Below, one piece after another: positions 35,066-40,077 of a DNA stretch of 40,077 nucleotides. The stretch is from a virus (lineage: Duplodnaviria > Caudoviricetes), in IMG/VR virus record IMGVR_UViG_3300016667_000323, positions 1 through 40,077 of that record; one strand, given 5' to 3'. How positions within the stretch are numbered: the first letter of the stretch is position 1; each line of letters begins with the position of its first letter. The notes beneath the pieces were generated by a model. The model had not been told where the DNA came from, made no database searches, and was given only the letters and a program-made list of their open reading frames with translations. Position numbers and translations under genes: made by a program.

Positions 35066-35261
35066 CTAGGACGGCTCAGGATCGATCGGCGGCATGTTCG
35101 GCTACCCTTGTGGTAGCCTTTTTTGCGATCGATTGTGGAGCATTCTGCTGCGTTATACGGGGGATGCCACCAAACCGCCTACGATGCCTCAGGATCGACC
35201 GGGAGCGGCAAGGGGTCACGGCACGGGTCAACCCCTGCGGATCGATCCTGAGCCGTCCTAG
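35066..35261. repeat. Perfect 22-bp inverted repeat (35066-35087 / 35240-35261)
   Basis: CTAGGACGGCTCAGGATCGATC and its exact reverse complement GATCGATCCTGAGCCGTCCTAG. Confidence 0.9.
35184..35261. repeat. ~79-bp palindromic element, copy 1 (direct repeat of 39745-39823)
   Basis: ATGCCTCAGGATCGA...CGGCAAGG...ACGGCA...CGGATCGATCCTGAGC..TCCTAG. Confidence 0.85.
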
Positions 35262-35333
35262 AGGCCGCCCGGAGCGTTCGGGATCGATGGCATGGCATGA
35301 TAGGGGCGTGATAGCGCCGCCCGGGGCCACGCT

Positions 35334-35367
35334 GGGGGCCGGCACGGGGGCCGGCACGGGGGCCGGC
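35334..35367. repeat. 12-bp tandem repeat (GGGGGCCGGCAC), about 3 copies
   Basis: Visible directly. Confidence 0.8.
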
Positions 35368-35484
35368 CTCAGGCCGGCGCGCTGGGCCGCCTCAGGCCGG
35401 CCCGGGGGCTGCCCATGCGACAGCGCCCGGGGCATGCTCAGGGGCAGGCCGCCGGGCGCTGGGGTGGGTGGGCGCTGGGGGCGC

Positions 35485-35598
35485 TCAGTAGTCGCTGGGG
35501 TCGTGCCGTTCCAGCAGCGCCGCGAGCGGGGCCAGCAGCAGCAGGGGCAGCGTGGCCACGCCCGCCACGACCAGCACGGTGAGCATGGCGGCCATCAT
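35485..35598 (-). CDS. Small membrane protein, 37 aa (MMAAMLTVLVVAGVATLPLLLLAPLAALLERHDPSDY)
   Basis: Translated by hand; ATGA overlap with the upstream gene and GGAGG RBS; one TM helix. Confidence 0.6.
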   Translation of the reverse strand: MMAAMLTVLVVAGVATLPLLLLAPLAALLERHDPSDY

Positions 35599-35786
35599 CG
35601 GCGGCCTCCCATCATGCGGTCGATCTCAGCCGCGCACCGCGTGCAGGTGGTCGCGCTCTCGCCCGCGTTCGCGCTGGCAATGTCGCACGGCACACTCGAG
35701 AACACCACGCGCTCGTCGTGGTGCACAGGCTCGCCGCATGCGTCGCACGTGGTGAACGCATCGAACAGGTCGGGGTCGGTGCTCAC
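35595..35786 (-). CDS. Small zinc-finger protein (CxxC...CxxC), 63 aa
   Basis: CDAC and CTRC; GTG start in a GTGA overlap preceded by AGGAGG. Confidence 0.7.
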   Translation of the reverse strand: MSTDPDLFDAFTTCDACGEPVHHDERVVFSSVPCDIASANAGESATTCTRCAAEIDRMMGGRR

Positions 35787-36340
35787 GCTGCACCTCCTTC
35801 CTCGCCCTCGTGACGAGCGGCCATGCGCCGCGCCCAATCGATCAGCGACTGCTTGATCTCTTCGGCCTGCTCTTCGGCCTCAGCCTTCGTGAGTCCTTCG
35901 GCCTTCGCCTTCTTCGCCGCATGGGCACGCGCCATGCTTTCGGCCACGGTGGCGGCGGCGCTGTCGCCGTCGCCATTGCCCAGCCGCTGCACCAGCACCT
36001 GCGACGCGAGGCTCATCAACTCGACCTGCGCGGTGGCCATCGCATCGCCCAGCGTCTGCATCACGACCGTCATTTCCGCATCGGTCGGCTCGCGATCGAT
36101 CGCACCGTGCCGCGCGAGGAACTCGCCCAGCCGCGTGACCGTGCCGCGATCCATCAGCAGCGTCACGTCGAGCACGCGGCCGGGATCGTTCGGCATCGCA
36201 CGCGCGTACACGCGGCGCTGCGACGGGGGCAGGATGTTGGTCGGCACGTCGTACAAGATGCTGCCGTTCGGGCCGGGCTGGGCCTCGATCTGGTGGTGCG
36301 TGAACTCGATGCCGTCCTCGTTGTGTTCGTGACTTTCCAT
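35783..36340 (-). CDS. Hypothetical protein, 185 aa (MESHEHNEDG...)
   Basis: GGAGAG RBS before ATG 36340, nearly identical to the integrase start context; helical C-terminus. Confidence 0.7.
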   Translation of the reverse strand: MESHEHNEDGIEFTHHQIEAQPGPNGSILYDVPTNILPPSQRRVYARAMPNDPGRVLDVTLLMDRGTVTRLGEFLARHGAIDREPTDAEMTVVMQTLGDAMATAQVELMSLASQVLVQRLGNGDGDSAAATVAESMARAHAAKKAKAEGLTKAEAEEQAEEIKQSLIDWARRMAARHEGEEGGAA

Positions 36341-36480
36341 TGTGATCTCTCCAATCGTTCGCAATCGATCGCGCACCAACGCGGTGCGCCCCTCGTCAAC
36401 GCGAGGGCGTGGGGGTCGCGCGTGGTGCGCGGCCTGCACGCCCGCACGCTGCGTGAGCAGCGGGGGCTTGGAGAGAACGG

Positions 36481-36570
36481 TCATTCCCGACGACGTGGCG
36501 CGTAGAGCATGAAGCCCGCAGCGCATGCCGTGACGACGACGGCGACGACGAAGCGCAGCAGGTCGTTCAC
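36481..36570 (-). CDS. Small membrane protein, 29 aa (MNDLLRFVVAVVVTACAAGFMLYAPRRRE)
   Basis: Translated by hand; GGAGG RBS and GTGA overlap with the vWA stop; single TM and basic tail. Confidence 0.55.
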   Translation of the reverse strand: MNDLLRFVVAVVVTACAAGFMLYAPRRRE

Positions 36571-38396
36571 GCTGCACCTCCCTTCGCCAGCCGCGTGATG
36601 GCGCGGGCCAGCAGAGGCCCGGCGCTGCGAGTGTCGGGAATCGAGATGAACCGACGAGGGCCGAAGCAGGCCGCGCCGGTGTTCGCCATCTCGCCCTCGA
36701 TGCCGACGGCGAGGAACTCGATGCCGCGTGCTTCGGCGCTGCTCACCACGCCGCGAATGTGACGCGCAGCCTTCTCGCCTCTGTACCCGTGAGCGTTCGG
36801 CTCGCCGTCGGCCACGAGCAGCACGATGCGGCGATCGGCCCGCATGCGTGCAGCGCGATCGACCGCGTGGGCGATCGCGTAGCCGTCGGCATTGTCGCCG
36901 CCAGCGTGCAGGCCCGTGATGCTTTCGGGCGTGGCGCAGGTGTCATACGACACACGGCCGACGCGGCCGTACCCGTATCCGACGGAGTGCCCAGCCACCT
37001 CAACCTTGAACCGTCCGCCATTGCCGAACGCCTTCGCGAGCGCGAACGCCACACGCTTCGCGGCCTCGATGCGCGACGTGCCTTCCCGCGTGTGGCAGCC
37101 CATCGATCCGCTGCAATCCACGAGCACCTGCACGCCGACGGTGGTCGGCGCCTTCTCAGCGCGCACCTCGAACACGCGATCGTCGCCGAACGCTGCGAGG
37201 CGATCGAGCGCGCCTTCGTCAATGTCGCCGCGCTGCTGGCCACGCTCGAACACGGGCGGCGTGGTGCTCTCCCACACGATGCGTGATAGCGCAGCGATCA
37301 GGGGACGCGCCCCTTCTTCGAGGCTGCGCAGGCTGTACCTGTCGATGCGCGCCTTGTGTTCGTGCACGGGGTAGCGGCCGTCGGCCTCGTCACCTTCCGC
37401 CTTGACGTGGGCCGCGCCGATCTCAGGCGCTGCGGGCTGCGTGAGCGTGCTCGTGAGGTGCGCGCCGGGCTTGTGAGTGTCGCCCAGCATCTCAGCGGCC
37501 TCGCTGGCGGGAACCTGCTGAGGCTCGCCAGCACCGTCGCCCTCGCCCGCACCACCCTGAGGCTGCTCCGCGCCCTCAGGCTGCGCGGCCAGCATGGCGG
37601 CGACGGCAGCATCGGCGCGGGTCAGCATCTCGCCGTGCTTCCACAGCGTGCTCAGGTGCTCGCGCCCTGCTGCGGCCATCATCTCGATCTCCTGCGGTGC
37701 GCTCGCGCCTTCCGGCCACAGGCTCAGCGCCTGCGCGCTCAGCAGCGCGGACGCGCGCACGATCGCCGCCGCCTTCCCATCGTTCACGAACGAATGCAAC
37801 GCTTCGGGAACGCTCGCGCCCGCCTCGCTGGCCTTGAAGTAGCCCGCCCAGCCGGGCCATTCCGCCAGCACCTTCTCACGACCGCGAACGGTCGCGATCG
37901 ATGCCGCGAGGTGAGCGCCCGCGTATTCGGCGGCGAGTGTGTCGGCGCGGTGCGGCAGGTGAGAGGCCAGCCGGTAATCGATCACGCGGCGCTCGATCGT
38001 GGCGCGCTCTGCGGCCTTCAGGTACGTGGCCTTCGAGGCTTCCGTGAGCAGGCGGCCCGTGGTGAAGTCCACGGCATGCTCAGGGCTGCTGGCGCGTGCG
38101 AGGATGTCGCCGCCGCTCACGACGAGGCTGCCCTTCGTCACGTAGGTCGAGGCGCGCACCTCCTCGCCCGTCCACGAGGTGACGGTGGCGCTCGCCGCGC
38201 GCAGGGTGCGCTCGATGAACGCGGCGCGCTGCTGATCGCTGGCGGTCGTCGCGTCGATCGCGTCGATGCGCGCGTTGGTGAGCATGTCGCCCACCGACGC
38301 GCTGGGGCTGAACGATGCGCCGCCGACTGCGGTCGCGTAGGTGCTGGACTTGGCAAGCCACTTGGGGGTCATGTTGGGGTTCTCCATGTTGGGCAT
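36567..38396 (-). CDS. CobT-like von Willebrand A domain protein (MoxR partner)
   Basis: MIDAS VLVDCSGSM, VADGEP, GIEFLAVGI; GDIDEGALDRL...RVF pre-vWA motif; acidic linker. Confidence 0.88.
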   Translation of the reverse strand: MPNMENPNMTPKWLAKSSTYATAVGGASFSPSASVGDMLTNARIDAIDATTASDQQRAAFIERTLRAASATVTSWTGEEVRASTYVTKGSLVVSGGDILARASSPEHAVDFTTGRLLTEASKATYLKAAERATIERRVIDYRLASHLPHRADTLAAEYAGAHLAASIATVRGREKVLAEWPGWAGYFKASEAGASVPEALHSFVNDGKAAAIVRASALLSAQALSLWPEGASAPQEIEMMAAAGREHLSTLWKHGEMLTRADAAVAAMLAAQPEGAEQPQGGAGEGDGAGEPQQVPASEAAEMLGDTHKPGAHLTSTLTQPAAPEIGAAHVKAEGDEADGRYPVHEHKARIDRYSLRSLEEGARPLIAALSRIVWESTTPPVFERGQQRGDIDEGALDRLAAFGDDRVFEVRAEKAPTTVGVQVLVDCSGSMGCHTREGTSRIEAAKRVAFALAKAFGNGGRFKVEVAGHSVGYGYGRVGRVSYDTCATPESITGLHAGGDNADGYAIAHAVDRAARMRADRRIVLLVADGEPNAHGYRGEKAARHIRGVVSSAEARGIEFLAVGIEGEMANTGAACFGPRRFISIPDTRSAGPLLARAITRLAKGGAA

Positions 38397-38409
38397 TGTA
38401 GCGACTGCC

Positions 38410-39543
38410 TCAGGCTGTCAAGGGGCCGAACTTGCCCACCAGCAGCGCGGTGATGGTCGCGCGCTCAGACTCCGCGCCGCCCTCAGCGGGGAACAGATTC
38501 GCGATCGTGAACGCCAGCGACGACGGGCCGACGAGGTGATAGTCGGATGCCGCCGCCAGCAGTTGGCGCGTGCTCAGCGTGGTGCTGAAGGTACTCACGC
38601 CCGCCTGCGTGGTGCGGGTCTTGGTGGCGATCTCCACGAGGCGCTGGGCCACGCTCGCGTCGATGCCCGTGCGATCGACCAGCAGCGCGGCCTCGTCGGC
38701 GGCGGGCAGGTAGGTGAACTCCACCACGCGCGGGAAACGATCGCGCAGCGCGGCATCCATCGGCCCCGTGCCCGTGAACTGCGAACCCTCGTTCATGGTC
38801 GCGACGAACACGGTGCTGGGCGCGACGCGCACCACGCTGCCGCGCTCATCGACCAGCGTCGCACGACGGCGATCGAGCAGGGGCAGCAGCGCGTTGCCGA
38901 CGGTCAGGCTGGCGCGGTTCGCCTCATCGAGCACGACGACGCAACGGCCGCGCGTGATGGCGCGCACGAACTGCGAATCCTGCCACGCGATCGAGCCGCC
39001 GCGCACGGTCTTGGAGCCGAACCAATCGCGCGGCTCGCGCACGATCGAGCAGTCGATCACGAACGCATCGAAGCCAGCCATCGCGGCCAACTGAAGCGCC
39101 GCCTCAGTCTTGCCGCAGCCTGCGGGGCCGACGAGGCGCATCTGCTCGATCGCGCCGCATTGCGCGCTCTTGGCGATCCGTTCGAGGTAACCGCGCAGCG
39201 TGCTGCTCATGCGGAAGGTGGTGTCGAGCGCCGGGGTGACGAGCGCGTCGGTGTCGTGCGTGATAGTGGGCGCGGCCTCAGCGACAGGCGCGGGGGCCGG
39301 GGTCGTGGTGACGGCGCCCACGAAGCGGTACGCGCCGCGTCCGATCTCGCGCGCCTCGCCGCGCAGCACCTTCTCACGCACGGCGCGCCGCAGGTAGTTG
39401 TCGTCGGCGCCCAAGTCGGCCACGCCAGCGCCGCGCAGGCTGTCGCGCAGGCTGTCGAGGGTGACGGTCGAGGTGGTGGTGGTGGCGAGAGTGTCGAGCG
39501 CGTCAATGACGGCGACGAACGAAGAAGAGCGGGACTTCGGCAC
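38410..39543 (-). CDS. MoxR-family (CobS/CbbQ/NirQ/NorQ-like) AAA+ ATPase with a probable N-terminal winged HTH
   Basis: Walker A GPAGCGKT, Walker B VVVLDEANR, ATMN, DAALRDRF, STRQL; GTG start 39543 preceded by GGAG/GAGGAGG. Confidence 0.92.
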   Translation of the reverse strand: MPKSRSSSFVAVIDALDTLATTTTSTVTLDSLRDSLRGAGVADLGADDNYLRRAVREKVLRGEAREIGRGAYRFVGAVTTTPAPAPVAEAAPTITHDTDALVTPALDTTFRMSSTLRGYLERIAKSAQCGAIEQMRLVGPAGCGKTEAALQLAAMAGFDAFVIDCSIVREPRDWFGSKTVRGGSIAWQDSQFVRAITRGRCVVVLDEANRASLTVGNALLPLLDRRRATLVDERGSVVRVAPSTVFVATMNEGSQFTGTGPMDAALRDRFPRVVEFTYLPAADEAALLVDRTGIDASVAQRLVEIATKTRTTQAGVSTFSTTLSTRQLLAAASDYHLVGPSSLAFTIANLFPAEGGAESERATITALLVGKFGPLTA

Positions 39544-39621
39544 GGGTGAATCTCCGCACCTCCTCGCGTTCTCTCCGCCGCTCCGCATGGAGCAGTCGCG
39601 GCACGAGGTGGTGCAGCGTGC

Positions 39622-39649
39622 ACGGTACAGACTGCTCCCGCACCGTCAA
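39622..39649 (-). promoter_or_regulatory. Putative sigma70 promoter for the minus-strand operon
   Basis: TTGACG, 16-bp spacer, TACCGT on the minus strand. Confidence 0.45.
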
Positions 39650-39744
39650 GGGGGGGTGCACGGGAAAGTTTCGGTTTCGTGGAACATTTCGCGCAGGGCG
39701 TGCTTCGGTGCAAGCATGCCCGCAGGCTCAGGAAGGCCGCTAGA

Positions 39745-39823
39745 ATGCCTCAGGATCGATCCGACCCCGGCAAGGTCTGACGGCATAGGGTAGGTGCTCC
39801 GGATCGATCCTGAGCGATCCTAG
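39745..39823. repeat. ~79-bp palindromic element, copy 2, with a perfect 14-bp internal inverted repeat
   Basis: CTCAGGATCGATCC (39749-39762) / GGATCGATCCTGAG (39801-39814). Confidence 0.85.
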
Positions 39824-39829
39824 CGATAC

Positions 39830-39878
39830 ACACTACATGTTGTGGTCACTCGAGCGGCTCGACCACAACCTGTAGTGG
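39830..39878. promoter_or_regulatory. Inverted repeat made of two NrdR-box-like 16-mers
   Basis: ACACTACATGTTGTGG (39830-39845) and CCACAACCTGTAGTGG (39863-39878); arms 16/17 complementary. Confidence 0.5.
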
Positions 39879-39924
39879 TCGATCGGTCGCGATCGGTTAT
39901 GGGTCATTTCATGGTGGAGTGAAA

Positions 39925-40039
39925 CGGTTTCAGCGTGCGGTGAATCGGTTTCAGCGTTCGGTGAATCGGTTATCGGCCGCGATCGATCGGGCAGGCCGGG
40001 GGCGAGCGCCGGGGCTGGGGCGAGCGCCGGGGCTGGGGC
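39925..40039. repeat. Tandem repeats: 21-bp CGGTTTCAGCGTKCGGTGAAT x2 and 18-bp GGGGCGAGCGCCGGGGCT x2
   Basis: Visible directly. Confidence 0.8.
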
Positions 40040-40077
40040 AGGCGAGGCGCGCGGCGGCGATCGGTCGCGATCGATCC

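Noticed and set aside
34690-35480. ORFs in the GC-rich region after the late terminator
   Set aside because: Low-complexity Pro/Gly/Arg translations of repeat DNA without RBS; treated as non-coding
36567-39543. Cobalamin biosynthesis (cobS/cobT) as auxiliary metabolic genes
   Set aside because: No cobN or other cob genes; the motifs support only a generic MoxR-vWA pair
39672-39687. parS-like sequence GGTTTCGTGGAACA
   Set aside because: Only one half matches TGTTTCACGTGGAACA; two central bases are missing and there is no parB
39880-40077. CRISPR-like array
   Set aside because: Repeats are directly tandem without unique spacers; no cas genes

Overview
The window is a near-complete or complete ~40 kb, GC-rich T7-like (Autographiviridae-type) podophage genome, probably circularly permuted. 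The + strand (176-34647) follows the T7 gene order: tyrosine integrase, single-subunit RNA polymerase, SSB, resolvase, primase-helicase, family A DNA polymerase, exonuclease, portal, scaffold, capsid, tail tubes A/B, three ejection proteins, fibres and terminases. It departs from T7 in several ways. RusA replaces endonuclease I. There is a pyrimidine-dimer glycosylase, an i-type/destabilase-like lysozyme and a free-standing LAGLIDADG gene. A holin-spanin cassette sits between scaffold and capsid. The 2012-aa gp16-like ejection protein carries a SAM-methyltransferase domain, an HExxH zincin-like domain and a possible HhH/glycosylase-like domain, plus a candidate overprinted gene. A translationally coupled minus-strand operon (35485-39543) encodes a wHTH-MoxR AAA+ ATPase, a CobT-like vWA protein and four small proteins. 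It is bracketed by two ~79-bp palindromic direct repeats and probably lies at the left, first-entering end of the virion DNA. All calls rest on motifs and synteny read by eye; no database search or computation was run.
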